Shown here: positions 10,714-22,137 of the stretch, in pieces
Numbering within the stretch: position 1 is the stretch's first letter
Layout: each line of letters opens with the position of its first letter
NCBI GenBank assembly: GCA_902636075.1
Contig: CACPQM010000005.1
Span: 4,446 to 68,445 of the forward strand
Reading direction: 5' to 3'
Length of the DNA: 64,000 bases
From: an uncultured Pelagibacteraceae bacterium
GTDB taxonomy: Bacteria > Pseudomonadota > Alphaproteobacteria > Pelagibacterales > Pelagibacteraceae
Program-made: the position numbers and the translations under genes
The notes under the pieces: generated by a model
The model's database searches: none
What the model was told of the DNA's origin: nothing
Seen by the model: the letters and a program-made list of their open reading frames with translations, nothing else

Positions 10714-12129
10714 GTGTCTCAGTCATTTAATTTAGTTAAAAATAAGTATGATGAACTTCCCAACAATATTGAAGCAGAACAGTCAGTAATTGGTTCTATA
10801 TTACTTTCTAATGAAATATTTGATGAAATTAGTATCTTAATTTCAAATAAAAATTTTTATGATCCAATGCATCAAAAAATTTTTAGTGCAATAGAAAGTT
10901 TAATTTACAAAGGAATGTTAGCAAATCCAATAACATTAAAAAATCATTTTGAGAATGAAAAAGATGAACTCAATATTCCTGAATACTTGGTAAAAATTAC
11001 AAAATTTTCTACATCTTCAAGACAAAGTATAGAATATTCTAAACTAATATATGATTTGTATGTAAAAAGAGAATTAATAAAAATTTCGGATAATATAATT
11101 GATACTGCAAAACTTAATGATTTAAATAATGATGGTCAGCAGATTATAGAAAATTTTGAAAAATCTTTGTTTGATTTAGCTGAAAAAGGATCTTTTAGTT
11201 CGTCAATCATGAAATTTGATGAGGCTATGAGGCAAACTATAGAGATGGCTTCGAACGCTTATAAAAATGAAGAAGGAATTGTTGGTGTACCGTCAGGTTT
11301 AAAAGACCTGGATGATAGATTGGGTGGTATGCATAAATCAGATTTAATAATTATTGCTGGAAGACCTTCTATGGGGAAAACTGCTCTTGCAACTAATATC
11401 GCATTTCATGCTGCAAAAAATATTCAGGATAAAGGAGAAAAATCTTGTATTGCTTTTTTTTCTTTAGAAATGTCTTCAGAACAATTATCTACAAGAATAC
11501 TTGCTGAACAATCAAGGATTAAATCTAATGATATTAGACGAGGAAAAATATCTGAGGAACAATTTGATAAGTTTATAGAAACTTCAAAAAATATTGCTGA
11601 ACTGCCTTTGTATATTGATGAAACTCCGGCAATATCAATTGCGGCTCTCAGCAATAGAGCTAGACGAATTAAAAGAATTCATGGTCTTGATATGATAGTT
11701 ATAGATTATATTCAGTTAATGAAAGGAACCAGCTTTAAAGATGGAAGAGTTCAGGAAATTTCGGAAATAACACAAGGTCTAAAAGCTCTAGCTAAAGAAT
11801 TGTCAGTTCCTGTTTTGGCACTTTCTCAATTATCTAGGGCAGTTGAACAAAGAGATGACAAGAAACCTTTACTTTCAGATCTAAGAGAATCTGGATCAAT
11901 AGAACAAGATGCGGATGTTGTTATGTTTGTCTTCAGAGAGTCATATTATTTAAAAAATAAAGAACCAAGACCTGCAACCGTCGAACATGCTGAATGGCAG
12001 GCAAAAATGAATGAAATTTCTCATTTAGCCGAACTACTAATACTCAAACAAAGACACGGCCCAACTGGTACTATAATGCTTGAATTTGAGGAAATGTTTA
12101 CCAAATTTAAAGATATTCAAAATAATTAA
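10714..12129 (+). CDS. dnaB: Replicative DNA helicase
   Basis: PNNIEAEQ, GRPSMGKT, DYIQLM and LSDLRESGSIEQDAD; GTG start. Confidence 0.99.
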   Translation: MSQSFNLVKNKYDELPNNIEAEQSVIGSILLSNEIFDEISILISNKNFYDPMHQKIFSAIESLIYKGMLANPITLKNHFENEKDELNIPEYLVKITKFSTSSRQSIEYSKLIYDLYVKRELIKISDNIIDTAKLNDLNNDGQQIIENFEKSLFDLAEKGSFSSSIMKFDEAMRQTIEMASNAYKNEEGIVGVPSGLKDLDDRLGGMHKSDLIIIAGRPSMGKTALATNIAFHAAKNIQDKGEKSCIAFFSLEMSSEQLSTRILAEQSRIKSNDIRRGKISEEQFDKFIETSKNIAELPLYIDETPAISIAALSNRARRIKRIHGLDMIVIDYIQLMKGTSFKDGRVQEISEITQGLKALAKELSVPVLALSQLSRAVEQRDDKKPLLSDLRESGSIEQDADVVMFVFRESYYLKNKEPRPATVEHAEWQAKMNEISHLAELLILKQRHGPTGTIMLEFEEMFTKFKDIQNN

Positions 12130-12154
12130 TATAAATTATAAAAGCTAATATTCA

Positions 12155-14527
12155 ATGTTAGCTAATTTTTACGAAAAAAATATTATAGAAAAACCAAGGT
12201 TAGTTTTTTCGATTTTAGTATTATTATTATTTTCCGCTTTATATTTTTCTAAAGATTTTCGTTTGGATGCAAGTTCAGAAACTTTATTATTAGAAAATGA
12301 TCCCGATCTAAAATATCTAAATGAAATAAATGAAAGATATGGCGCTAAGGAATTTTTAGTACTCACCTACTCACCAAATAGTAAAATGAATTCAGAGGAT
12401 TCAATTAAAAATCTTTCAGAATTAAAAAATAAATTAAATTCATTAAACTGGGTTCATAGTGTTGTTACACTTTTAGATATTCCTTTATTAGAAGCAACTG
12501 ATGATGGTTTAATTGAACGTATTCAAAATTTTAAAACATTAACAAGTAAAAATATTGACAAAGACCGTGGATTTAATGAAATCTTAAATAGTCCAGTATT
12601 TAGAAATTTTGTAATTAGTGAGGACGGAAAAACAAGTGGTATCATTGTATATATAAAACCAAATGAAATAGATAAACAAATTAAAACTACGAAGGAAGGA
12701 GAGGTTTATAAAGATAAAATTAAAAAAGAGCGACATCGAAATATTTTAGAAATTAGAGAAGTTATAAAAAATCATAATCAAAATACACAAATTTATCTTG
12801 GTGGTATCCCAATGATTGCAGACGATATGATGACCTTTATAAAAAATGATATTGTGACATTTGGAATAGGTGTACTGATTTTTATAATTATAACACTTTG
12901 GTACGTCTTCAGAAAAATAATTTGGATAATAATTCCGATCAGCAGCTGTTTCTTTTCGGTTGTATTTATGACAGGTTTTCTTGGTTTGGTTGGGTGGAAG
13001 GTTACGGTAATTTCATCAAACTTCATTGCTTTAATGCTAATTCTAACAATGGCAATGAATATTCATATGAGCACTAGATTTTTGCAATTAAACAAACAGT
13101 TTCCAAGAAAGAAAAAATTTGAAATTTTAATTTTGACAACAAGAAAAATGATATGGCCAATATTTTATACTGTCTTAACAACGATATGTGCTTTTATGTC
13201 ATTAATTTTTAGCGAAATAAAACCAATTATCGATTTTGGATGGATGATGACTTTTGGATTAATAACCTCACTTATAATTACATTCACTCTTCTCCCTACA
13301 TTATTAAATTTTGCTCAGAGCTCAAATGTTGTAATAGCTGAGGAAAAAAACTCTAAAATAACAAGCTATCTAGGAATATTAGCGATTAAAAATAAAAATT
13401 ATATATTTAGTTTAACTGGGATAATTATATTTTTAAGCATATTTGGTATCTCAAAATTAGAAGTTGAAAATAGTTTCATCAATTACTTTGACAAAAATAC
13501 TGAGATTTATAAAGGAATGAAGTTAATTGATGAAAAATTGGGTGGAACAACTCCGTTAGAAGTAATTTTAAAATTTCCAAAAGATGAGGATGCAGAAACT
13601 GATGGTGAGAATGATTGGGGTGATGAGGATGAAAATGACAATAAATATTGGTTTACAAAAGATAAAATTAATAAAATAACTCGAGTTCACAATTATTTAG
13701 ATGATATTGATGCTGTTGGTAAAGTTTTATCATTTTCATCAATAATTGAAGTTGCAACAAAATTAAATAACAATAAACCACTTGGAACTTTGGAAATGGG
13801 TGTTCTGTATACTAAAATTCCGGATAATATTAAAAAAGAAATAGTAGACCCATATATATCTATAAAAAACTCTGAAGCTCGAATAAGTTTAAGAATAAAA
13901 GACTCTTTAGATGGATTAAGAAGAAATGATCTTATCAATAAAATTAATTTTGATTTAGAGAATAAATTAAATATTAAAAAAGATGAATTTAAACTAGGGG
14001 GTGTGCTCATATTATTTAATAATTTACTTCAAAGTTTATTTAAATCTCAAATTTTAACTCTTGGTTTTGTAATGGTTGGTATATTTATTATGTTTTTAAT
14101 TCTTTTTAGAAATATAAAAGTTTCGTTAATAGGTGTAATACCAAATTTTATTGCAGCTTTTTTTATTCTGGGAATAATTGGTTTGGCTGGCATCCCTTTG
14201 GATATGATGACAATTACAATTGCTGCTATCACTATTGGTATTGCTGTAGATAATAGCATTCATTATATTTATAGATTTAGGGAAGAACTGACTAAAATAA
14301 AAGATTACAATAAAACACTTAAATATTGCCATTCGACAGTAGGAGTAGCGATACTAAATACATCTATAACAATTGTATTTGGGTTTTCTATTTTGGTTTT
14401 ATCTAATTTTATACCAACTATATATTTTGGTGTTTTCACTGGGTTAGCAATGCTGTTGGCTATGATATCAGTTTTAAGCTTATTGCCATCTTTACTTTTA
14501 TTACTCAAACCTTTTAAGATTAAATAA
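12155..14527 (+). CDS. MMPL/RND-superfamily exporter
   Basis: Twofold repeat of 1 TM + periplasmic domain + 5 TM; GIAVDNSIH motif. Confidence 0.85.
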   Translation: MLANFYEKNIIEKPRLVFSILVLLLFSALYFSKDFRLDASSETLLLENDPDLKYLNEINERYGAKEFLVLTYSPNSKMNSEDSIKNLSELKNKLNSLNWVHSVVTLLDIPLLEATDDGLIERIQNFKTLTSKNIDKDRGFNEILNSPVFRNFVISEDGKTSGIIVYIKPNEIDKQIKTTKEGEVYKDKIKKERHRNILEIREVIKNHNQNTQIYLGGIPMIADDMMTFIKNDIVTFGIGVLIFIIITLWYVFRKIIWIIIPISSCFFSVVFMTGFLGLVGWKVTVISSNFIALMLILTMAMNIHMSTRFLQLNKQFPRKKKFEILILTTRKMIWPIFYTVLTTICAFMSLIFSEIKPIIDFGWMMTFGLITSLIITFTLLPTLLNFAQSSNVVIAEEKNSKITSYLGILAIKNKNYIFSLTGIIIFLSIFGISKLEVENSFINYFDKNTEIYKGMKLIDEKLGGTTPLEVILKFPKDEDAETDGENDWGDEDENDNKYWFTKDKINKITRVHNYLDDIDAVGKVLSFSSIIEVATKLNNNKPLGTLEMGVLYTKIPDNIKKEIVDPYISIKNSEARISLRIKDSLDGLRRNDLINKINFDLENKLNIKKDEFKLGGVLILFNNLLQSLFKSQILTLGFVMVGIFIMFLILFRNIKVSLIGVIPNFIAAFFILGIIGLAGIPLDMMTITIAAITIGIAVDNSIHYIYRFREELTKIKDYNKTLKYCHSTVGVAILNTSITIVFGFSILVLSNFIPTIYFGVFTGLAMLLAMISVLSLLPSLLLLLKPFKIK

Positions 14528-14530
14528 TTA

Positions 14531-15073
14531 ATGGAAGTTGTAAAAGATTTTTTTACTGAATTATATGCCTTTGATATTGTTTATTTAGTTTTCACAGTAC
14601 TATCCTTGATTACGTGTACAAAAAAAGGTTTTTTATTGAGCATTTTGTCAGCTTCTAAATGGCTTTTGGCTTATGTCGTTACTCTATTTCTATTTCCAAA
14701 AGTAAAACCATTCTTCGAAGATATAATAGATAGTGAATATGTGCTTGATCTAGCAGTTGGTCTAGGATTATTTATAATAATTATTTTTTTAATTTTATTA
14801 ATAAATAAAGGAATTAATAGAGCAGTCACATACTCTGGATTAGGGAATTTAGATAGAATCTTTGGTTTCTTTTTTGGATTTGTAAGAGCTTACGTTATTG
14901 TTGTATGTATTTATACAACTATAAATATCGTCTATAACCACAAAAAATGGCCAATTAATTTAGATGACGCATTTACATATGCATGGGTTGAAAAAGGTAG
15001 TAACTATCTTATAAAAGAATTTCCAGATAAAAAAGATTATGAGGAAACTAAAGAAAAAGTTCAAGATATATGA
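14531..15073 (+). CDS. cvpA: CvpA family membrane protein
   Basis: KGF and LDRIFGFFFGFVR motifs; immediately upstream of purF. Confidence 0.88.
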   Translation: MEVVKDFFTELYAFDIVYLVFTVLSLITCTKKGFLLSILSASKWLLAYVVTLFLFPKVKPFFEDIIDSEYVLDLAVGLGLFIIIIFLILLINKGINRAVTYSGLGNLDRIFGFFFGFVRAYVIVVCIYTTINIVYNHKKWPINLDDAFTYAWVEKGSNYLIKEFPDKKDYEETKEKVQDI

Positions 15074-16508
15074 TCCTAAATTAAAAGAGGAGTGTGCTGT
15101 TTTTGGAATAAGTAATAATGAAGACGCAGCAACGCTTACGGCTTTAGGACTTCATGCTCTTCAGCATAGAGGGCAGGAAGGTTGCGGAATTGTTTCTTTT
15201 GATGGATTCAAATATCACTCTGAAAAAAGATTTGGGCTTGTGGGAGATAACTTCAATGATGAAAAAGTTTTAAAAAATTTGCCAGGTAAATTTGCAATCG
15301 GACACAATAGATATTCAACTACAGGGGGCACAGCATTGAGAAATGTTCAGCCATTTTTTGCTGATACTAATTCAGGAGGTATTGGGGTTGCACATAACGG
15401 CAATTTAACAAATGCAATTACTTTAAGAAATAAAATGGTTCAAGATGGATCAATTTTTTATACTACCTCAGACACTGAAACAATTGTTAAATTGATTGCT
15501 AAATCTAAAAGAGTAAAAACAATAGATAAAATTATTGATGCTATATTTCAAATTCAAGGTGGCTATGCACTTGTGATGATGACGCAAAATACCCTTATAG
15601 GAGTACGAGATCCTTACGGAATTAGACCATTAGTAATTGGTAAATTAAAAAACTCATATGTATTTGCCTCTGAGACATGTGCCTTTGATATAATAGGAGC
15701 TAAATTTGTTAGAGAAGTTGAAAATGGCGAGATCGTTTATATTGAAAATAATGAACTGAAAAGCATTAAACCATTTCCACCAAAAAAAGTCAGACCTTGT
15801 GTTTTTGAATATATTTACTTTTCAAGGCCAGATAGTATTTTGAATGGAAAAACAGCTTACGAGTATAGAAAAAACTTTGGAGTACAACTTGCTAATGAGG
15901 ACAACATAAATGCTGATTTAGTCGTGCCTGTACCAGACTCAGGAAATGCAGCAGCATTAGGCTACGCTGAAAAAAAAGGGTTAAAATTTGACTTAGGTTT
16001 AATAAGAAACCATTATGTTGGTAGAACTTTTATTGAACCATCTCAACAAATTAGAAGTTTAGGAGTAAAATTAAAATTAAATCCAAATATATCTGTAATT
16101 AAAGATAAAAGAATAATTCTAGTTGATGATTCACTTGTTAGAGGGACTACGTCATCAAAAATTGTGAAGATGCTATACGATTCTGGAGCAAAAGAAGTGC
16201 ACGTGAGAATAGGTAGCCCAGAAATAAAATTTCCCGACTTTTATGGTGTTGATACACCAACAAAAAAAGAGCTTTTAGCTGCTAACAAATCTACAAATGA
16301 AATATGTGAATTCATAAAGGCAAAATCGTTAAAATTTTTAAGTTTAAATGGTTTATATTTGGGAATGGGATTTGATAAAAGAAATGATAATTATCCACAA
16401 TTAACAGACCACCACTTTACTGGTGAATATCCAGTGAAAATAATCGATGAGCTTGGTGAGGATAAAGTAACTCAACTTTCATTATTAAGTACGGCTTCAA
16501 ATAATTAA
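15039..16508 (+). CDS. purF: Amidophosphoribosyltransferase
   Basis: Propeptide ending EE-CAVFG, LQHRGQE, GHNRYST, VDDSLVRGTT. Confidence 0.98.
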   Translation: MRKLKKKFKIYDPKLKEECAVFGISNNEDAATLTALGLHALQHRGQEGCGIVSFDGFKYHSEKRFGLVGDNFNDEKVLKNLPGKFAIGHNRYSTTGGTALRNVQPFFADTNSGGIGVAHNGNLTNAITLRNKMVQDGSIFYTTSDTETIVKLIAKSKRVKTIDKIIDAIFQIQGGYALVMMTQNTLIGVRDPYGIRPLVIGKLKNSYVFASETCAFDIIGAKFVREVENGEIVYIENNELKSIKPFPPKKVRPCVFEYIYFSRPDSILNGKTAYEYRKNFGVQLANEDNINADLVVPVPDSGNAAALGYAEKKGLKFDLGLIRNHYVGRTFIEPSQQIRSLGVKLKLNPNISVIKDKRIILVDDSLVRGTTSSKIVKMLYDSGAKEVHVRIGSPEIKFPDFYGVDTPTKKELLAANKSTNEICEFIKAKSLKFLSLNGLYLGMGFDKRNDNYPQLTDHHFTGEYPVKIIDELGEDKVTQLSLLSTASNN

Positions 16509-16509
16509 A

Positions 16510-17067
16510 ATGAAAAAAGTAAGTTTCACAGAAATGAAGTATGGAACAAAAGATGACTATCAATTATTAGAAAAGTTAGAAAATCAGTATGAAAGAAAAA
16601 CTGCGGATAGAATTTTAAATTATTTAGCTTCACAAACTACTACACTTGAGGGCTACCAGATAACAAGATTAGAACACTCGTTACAAGCAGCAACAAGAGC
16701 ATATAAAAATGGTGAAAACGAAGAAATGGTTGTAGCCACATTATTACACGATCTTGGAGATGAATTGGCTCCAATGAATCATTCTCAATACGCAGCATCA
16801 GTAATTAAACCTTACGTTTCAGAAAAAACTTACTGGATTATTTTACACCATGGTTTATTTCAAACCTATTACTCTGCAGAACACTTGGGTGGAGACAAAA
16901 ATGCAAGAGAAAAATATAAGAATGCTGAACATTATCAAGCAACAATAGATTTTTGTGAAAAATACGACCAATCTTCATTTGATCCAAATTACAAATCAAT
17001 GACTCTAAAAGATTTTGAACCAATGGTTAGGAATATTTTTTCAAGAAAACCTTTTTACCATCACTAA
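16510..17067 (+). CDS. HD-domain metalloprotein (PhnZ/MIOX-like diiron oxygenase or phosphohydrolase)
   Basis: [19 protein letters not shown] and YDQ..FD metal-ligand pattern. Confidence 0.75.
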   Translation: MKKVSFTEMKYGTKDDYQLLEKLENQYERKTADRILNYLASQTTTLEGYQITRLEHSLQAATRAYKNGENEEMVVATLLHDLGDELAPMNHSQYAASVIKPYVSEKTYWIILHHGLFQTYYSAEHLGGDKNAREKYKNAEHYQATIDFCEKYDQSSFDPNYKSMTLKDFEPMVRNIFSRKPFYHH

Positions 17068-17068
17068 A

Positions 17069-19009
17069 TTGCCAAATATTTTAAAAAACGAAAAAAGTCC
17101 TTATCTTCAACAACATAAAGATAACCCAGTTGATTGGTTTCCTTGGAGTAAAGAAACTTTGGATAAAGCAAAGAAAGAGAAAAAGCCTATATTTTTAAGC
17201 GTTGGATATGCAAGTTGTCATTGGTGTCATGTTATGGCTCATGAGAGTTTTGAAAATGACGAAACCGCTAAACTCATGAACGAAAAGTTTATAAATATTA
17301 AAGTTGATAGAGAGGAAAGACCTGATTTAGATTACGTCTTTCAAAAAAGCTTATCAATCTTAACTGGGGCACAAGGTGGGTGGCCATTATCAATGTTTTT
17401 AGATGAAAATGGCGTACCTTTTACTGGTGGCACTTACTTTCCACCAAAGGAAATTCAAGGAAGACCCGACTTTAAAAAAGTCTTAAACAACGTGCATAAC
17501 GTGTACAATGAAAATAGAGAAAAAATTTTAGCTCAAGCACCACAGGTTAAAGAAATATTCTCAAAAATTAATCAAAGATCTGCAGTTTTAAATCAGCCAT
17601 TAGAGCCTTTTGTTGAAAAAATTATTAATTATTTAGATGAAAATAATGGAAGTTTCAAAGGAGCACCGAAGTTCCCCCAATTTTATTTATTTGATGCAAT
17701 GTTTTACTTCTTTTTAAAAACTAAGAATAAAAACTATTTTAAGCCTGTTGAAATTTTACTCAATAATCTTTGTTCCAAAGGTATTTATGATCAACTAGCA
17801 GGAGGAATTTCAAGATATGCTGTTGATGAAAAATGGATAATTCCTCACTTTGAAAAAATGCTTTATGACAATATCCAATTCATCGATCTCTTAACTAAAT
17901 TTTATCAAAATACAAAAAATGATTATTTTAAAAATAAACTTTTACAAACAATTCAATACTTTAATCATGAATTCAAAAATAATGAAGAATTGTATGGTTC
18001 AGCATATGATGCTGATAGTGAAGGTGTTGAAGGAAAATATTATGTTTGGTCATATGAAGAATTAAAAAATCTTTTAAAAGAAGACATTAAATTACTAGAA
18101 AATAAGTACGAAATTTCTGAGAGCGGTAATTTTGAAGGAAATAATATTTTGGTGGAAAAAAATTTAATACTTGATGAAGATAAAAATAACCTAGATCGAA
18201 TAAAAAATAAATTACTAGATGTAAGAAAAAAAAGAATAAAACCATTTTTTGACGATAAATCGCAAACTGATTTAAATGCGTATATGCTCCAAGTTCTTCT
18301 AAAAACTTCAGTAAATTTAGATAATGAAGATTTAAGAATTAAGACAATAGAAACAATTGAAATATTAAATAAAAAATTGCATCAAAAAATTATTCATTGT
18401 TATGAAAATAAAGAAATAGAAACTTTTCTTGAGGACTATGTATATTATGCTCTACTAATGATAACACTTTATGAGGTTAATGCTGACAAAAAAGCTTTAG
18501 AAAAATCAATAAAGATTATGAATGATACTTGGGAATTATTCTTTAATAAAGAAACGCAGCTGTTCCAGAAAAATATTATTAAAGATAATGATTTGTTTGC
18601 AAGTCCATTAGACTTGAATGATAGCAATATACCAAATGGTAATAGTGTTTATCTACTAATTTCAAATAAATTATATTCAATTACAAATGATAAAATATGG
18701 TCTGAAAGAAATGAGGTTCTAAAAAAATCATTTCATCAGGTTTTAAACTCTTATTATTCACAAATGTTTAGCTTTATTAAAACCCTAGATATTTGCGATA
18801 ATAGCTTATCATTCACATTCAGTGGAACATCTCAGTCTATTAGAAAAATACAGCTTTATTTACAAAAAGAATATCTAGGAATTGCAACATTTGTTTACCA
18901 ATTAAATAATGATACAAAACCAAGTGTTATTATATGTAAAAACCAAACTTGTTCTAACAAATTAACTAGTATAAGTGAAGCTGTTGAATATCTAAGTAAG
19001 AGTGATTAA
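17069..19009 (+). CDS. Thioredoxin-domain protein YyaL/SSP411 (DUF255)
   Basis: [46 protein letters not shown]; TTG start chosen at 17069, right after the upstream stop. Confidence 0.9.
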   Translation: MPNILKNEKSPYLQQHKDNPVDWFPWSKETLDKAKKEKKPIFLSVGYASCHWCHVMAHESFENDETAKLMNEKFINIKVDREERPDLDYVFQKSLSILTGAQGGWPLSMFLDENGVPFTGGTYFPPKEIQGRPDFKKVLNNVHNVYNENREKILAQAPQVKEIFSKINQRSAVLNQPLEPFVEKIINYLDENNGSFKGAPKFPQFYLFDAMFYFFLKTKNKNYFKPVEILLNNLCSKGIYDQLAGGISRYAVDEKWIIPHFEKMLYDNIQFIDLLTKFYQNTKNDYFKNKLLQTIQYFNHEFKNNEELYGSAYDADSEGVEGKYYVWSYEELKNLLKEDIKLLENKYEISESGNFEGNNILVEKNLILDEDKNNLDRIKNKLLDVRKKRIKPFFDDKSQTDLNAYMLQVLLKTSVNLDNEDLRIKTIETIEILNKKLHQKIIHCYENKEIETFLEDYVYYALLMITLYEVNADKKALEKSIKIMNDTWELFFNKETQLFQKNIIKDNDLFASPLDLNDSNIPNGNSVYLLISNKLYSITNDKIWSERNEVLKKSFHQVLNSYYSQMFSFIKTLDICDNSLSFTFSGTSQSIRKIQLYLQKEYLGIATFVYQLNNDTKPSVIICKNQTCSNKLTSISEAVEYLSKSD

Positions 19010-19018
19010 ATCATAAAT

Positions 19019-20308
19019 ATGAATAAAGATAACATAATAGATCATTTTAAATCAGGAATTAAGGAGCCTATTAATACTAAAATTGGTGTTGAGCACGAAA
19101 AATTCCTTTTCTATAAAAAGAATAATAAAAGAATTAATTATTCTACAATTAAAGAGATTTTCAAAATTTTATATGAATTTGGCTGGAAACCATCATATGA
19201 AGGTGAGAATGTTATATCGTTAAATAAAGATAATAAGAGTATAACTTTAGAACCAGGTAATCAAATTGAGCTTGCAGGTGATCAATTAAATAATATTCAT
19301 GAAGTATGCTCTGAAGCTAATAATTATTTGTTTGAGCTTAAACAAGTTGTAGAAAAATTAGGTTTAAAAATAGTAAGTGCTGGATTTGATCCAATATCTA
19401 AGTTGTCTGAAATTCCAAACAATCCTAAAAAAAGATATGAAGTAATGACAAAGGATATGCCTAAAGGTGGGTCTCTCAGTTTAGATATGATGTATAGAAC
19501 ATCTGGAACACAGTTAAATCTAGACTACACCTCTGAAAATGATTTTATAAAAAAATTTAAATTAGCTAACAGTTTAGTTCCATTAAGTATTGCACTTTTT
19601 GCTAATTCATCAATTGTTGAGAAAAAAGATAGTAAATATTTATCATATCGATCAAAAGTATGGCAAGAAACATCAAGAGGTGGTCTTCCAGAAATTTTTT
19701 TAGAAAATGTTGATTTTGAAAAATATGCTGATTTTGCAATGGATTATCCAATACTGTTTATAAAAAAAGATAATAAATATTTATCTGGTAAAAATTATAA
19801 ATTTTCTGATTATATGAATGGTAATATTCAAAAAATAAATAAATCTTTACCAAGTATTGACGATCTTGGATTACATTTAAGTACTATATTTACAGAGAAT
19901 AGATTAAAACAATATATTGAATTAAGATCTATGGATACTTGTGGTTGGAACTGTATATGTGCAGGTCCTGCTTTTTTTACTGGTCTTTTATATGGTAATT
20001 TAGACGAAGCATTAGAGTTTATTTCAAAATGGGAAAAGAAAGATTTATTGAATGCATATAAAGATGCGCCTATGAAAGGACTTGATACAAATTTGATGGG
20101 TAAAGATATGATTTATTGGACCTCTAACTTATTAAAAATTGCTAAAAAAGGCTTAGAAAAGAGAGATTTTATTGGAAAAAGCGGTACAAACGAAACTAAA
20201 TACTTGGAACATCTAAATAAAATTATCAATAATAAAGAAACAGTCGCCAGTCATGTTATAAATAAATTCTCTAAATTTCAAAATTTAGAAGATTTATATG
20301 ACAAATAA
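19019..20308 (+). CDS. gshA: Glutamate--cysteine ligase (plant/alphaproteobacterial type)
   Basis: IGVEHEKF, ITLEPGNQIEL, MMYRT..TQLNLD, RLKQYIELR; adjacent to gshB. Confidence 0.95.
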   Translation: MNKDNIIDHFKSGIKEPINTKIGVEHEKFLFYKKNNKRINYSTIKEIFKILYEFGWKPSYEGENVISLNKDNKSITLEPGNQIELAGDQLNNIHEVCSEANNYLFELKQVVEKLGLKIVSAGFDPISKLSEIPNNPKKRYEVMTKDMPKGGSLSLDMMYRTSGTQLNLDYTSENDFIKKFKLANSLVPLSIALFANSSIVEKKDSKYLSYRSKVWQETSRGGLPEIFLENVDFEKYADFAMDYPILFIKKDNKYLSGKNYKFSDYMNGNIQKINKSLPSIDDLGLHLSTIFTENRLKQYIELRSMDTCGWNCICAGPAFFTGLLYGNLDEALEFISKWEKKDLLNAYKDAPMKGLDTNLMGKDMIYWTSNLLKIAKKGLEKRDFIGKSGTNETKYLEHLNKIINNKETVASHVINKFSKFQNLEDLYDK

Positions 20309-21224
20309 AATAATAGGCATACAAGGTGATAAATTAGATAAAATTAATATATTATCTGACACATCAATTTTTTTAGCTCATGAAGCTCAGAAACTAGGAT
20401 ATAAAATATTTTATTATACTCCTTCAAACTTATCCATTATCAAAAATAAAACATATGCAAATGGAGTATTTGTAAAATTTAATTATGAAAAAAAAAAATT
20501 TTATAAAATTTATAAAAAACAAAAAATTGATGTTGAAAATCTTAAATTTATTTTAATTAGGCAGGATCCTCCATTTAATTCAGAATATTTAATAACTACT
20601 CTTATTTTAGATGGCTTAAAAAAAGTAAAAGTAATAAATAATCCAACTGCTATCAGAAATGTATCAGAAAAACTATACTCAAAGCATTTTATAAAATATA
20701 TGCCTAATACATTATTTTCAAATAATATAGAAGATATTAAGAAATTTTATAAACAAAATAAAAGTATGATTATGAAACCCATAAATGGATATGGAGGTAA
20801 TCAAATCCATTTAATTAAAAATAAGTTTAATAAAAAACTTATTACAAATTTTTTAAATAAAAATGGTCATTCTATGTTTCAAAGATTTTTAAAAAATATA
20901 TCTAAAGGAGATAAGAGAGTTTTTATTATTAATGGTAAAGTATGTGGGGCAATCTCAAGAGTTCCTAAAAAAGGTTCATATTTGAGCAATATGAGCAAAG
21001 GTGCTGTGCCTAAACTTACAAAACTTACAAAACAAGAAATAAAAATTTCAAAACTTTTAGGAAAAAAATTAAAGAATGATAATATTTATTTTGCTGGAAT
21101 TGACTTCATAGATCAGAAACTAAATGGAGATATTAATGTAACATCTCCTACTGGATTAAAAACATACTATGACCTTTCTAAAATCAATCTTGCTAAGATA
21201 TTTTGGAAAGGTTTAAGAGCTTGA
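20298..21224 (+). CDS. gshB: Glutathione synthetase
   Basis: RQDPPF, NNP..IRN.SEK, GDKR and INVTSPTG motifs. Confidence 0.96.
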   Translation: MTNKIIGIQGDKLDKINILSDTSIFLAHEAQKLGYKIFYYTPSNLSIIKNKTYANGVFVKFNYEKKKFYKIYKKQKIDVENLKFILIRQDPPFNSEYLITTLILDGLKKVKVINNPTAIRNVSEKLYSKHFIKYMPNTLFSNNIEDIKKFYKQNKSMIMKPINGYGGNQIHLIKNKFNKKLITNFLNKNGHSMFQRFLKNISKGDKRVFIINGKVCGAISRVPKKGSYLSNMSKGAVPKLTKLTKQEIKISKLLGKKLKNDNIYFAGIDFIDQKLNGDINVTSPTGLKTYYDLSKINLAKIFWKGLRA

Positions 21225-22096
21225 ATAAATTATCAGATCAAAAGAAAGGTTCATTACTAGCCTTCGTAGCTGTAATGTTCATTACACCTGATTCATTACT
21301 TATCAGGCTTTCAGAAATAGAAACATGGGGAATGCTTTTTTATAGAGGAGCCATACCTTTCGTTATAGTTTTAGTTGGATTGCTGTTATTTTATAGGCAA
21401 AATTTTATTAATGCTTTTTTAAAAGTTGGTACAGTTGGTATTTTTTACGCAATTAGCTTTTCTATTTGTAACATCACTTTCATTGTATCTATTCAAAATA
21501 CTAATGTAGCCAATACGTTGATTATGATTGCTTTAGCCCCAATGCTTTCCGCAATACTTGGAGCAATATTCTTAAAAGAAATGCCTAGTAAAGGGACTTG
21601 GATCGCCATTTTCATTACATTTTTAGCTGCTTTATTTATTTTTTATGACTCGCTGCAAGTCGGTAATCTTTTTGGGAATATAATGGGATTTGTTACAGCT
21701 TCTGGATTAGCTGTAAATGCTGTTCTTATCAGATATGCTAAAGACAGAGATCTTTTGCCTTCTGCTGTAATGGGGAAATTAGGAGTTGCAGTATTTGCTT
21801 TCTTTTTTGTTGAAAACTTTAATTTAATTGGAACAGATCAAATTTATATACCGATAATGTGCATTATTTGTGTAGCCCTACCTTTTGTTTTGGTAACGAT
21901 CGCACCAAGATTCATACCAGCAGAAGAAGTAAATCTATTTTTCTTATTAGAAACAATAATAGGTCCAATTTGGGTTTGGTTAGTTGTTAAAGAGCAACCA
22001 ACTTTGGAGACGATCATTGGAGGTGCCGTGATCATAATCACTTTAGGCATTCACTCATTTATTAAACTAAGAGAGCCTGAAAAAATTATTAATTAA
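21221..22096 (+). CDS. DMT/EamA family transporter
   Basis: 10-TM EamA duplication; LLETIIGPIWVWL motif; TTG start overlapping the gshB stop. Confidence 0.85.
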   Translation: MNKLSDQKKGSLLAFVAVMFITPDSLLIRLSEIETWGMLFYRGAIPFVIVLVGLLLFYRQNFINAFLKVGTVGIFYAISFSICNITFIVSIQNTNVANTLIMIALAPMLSAILGAIFLKEMPSKGTWIAIFITFLAALFIFYDSLQVGNLFGNIMGFVTASGLAVNAVLIRYAKDRDLLPSAVMGKLGVAVFAFFFVENFNLIGTDQIYIPIMCIICVALPFVLVTIAPRFIPAEEVNLFFLLETIIGPIWVWLVVKEQPTLETIIGGAVIIITLGIHSFIKLREPEKIIN

Positions 22097-22137
22097 TTTC
22101 TTGATTTACTATCAAATCATCCATAGATAGCGCAATT

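Noticed and set aside
17015-17068. Long overlap of the yyaL-like ORF with the HD gene
   Set aside because: Homology begins at [12 protein letters not shown]; TTG at 17069 removes the overlap.
22101-22119. FNR-like box TTGAT...ATCAA upstream of the MFS gene
   Set aside because: Spacer is 5 nt rather than 4. The overlapping TGATTT-N6-AAATCA palindrome is too short to call in AT-rich DNA.
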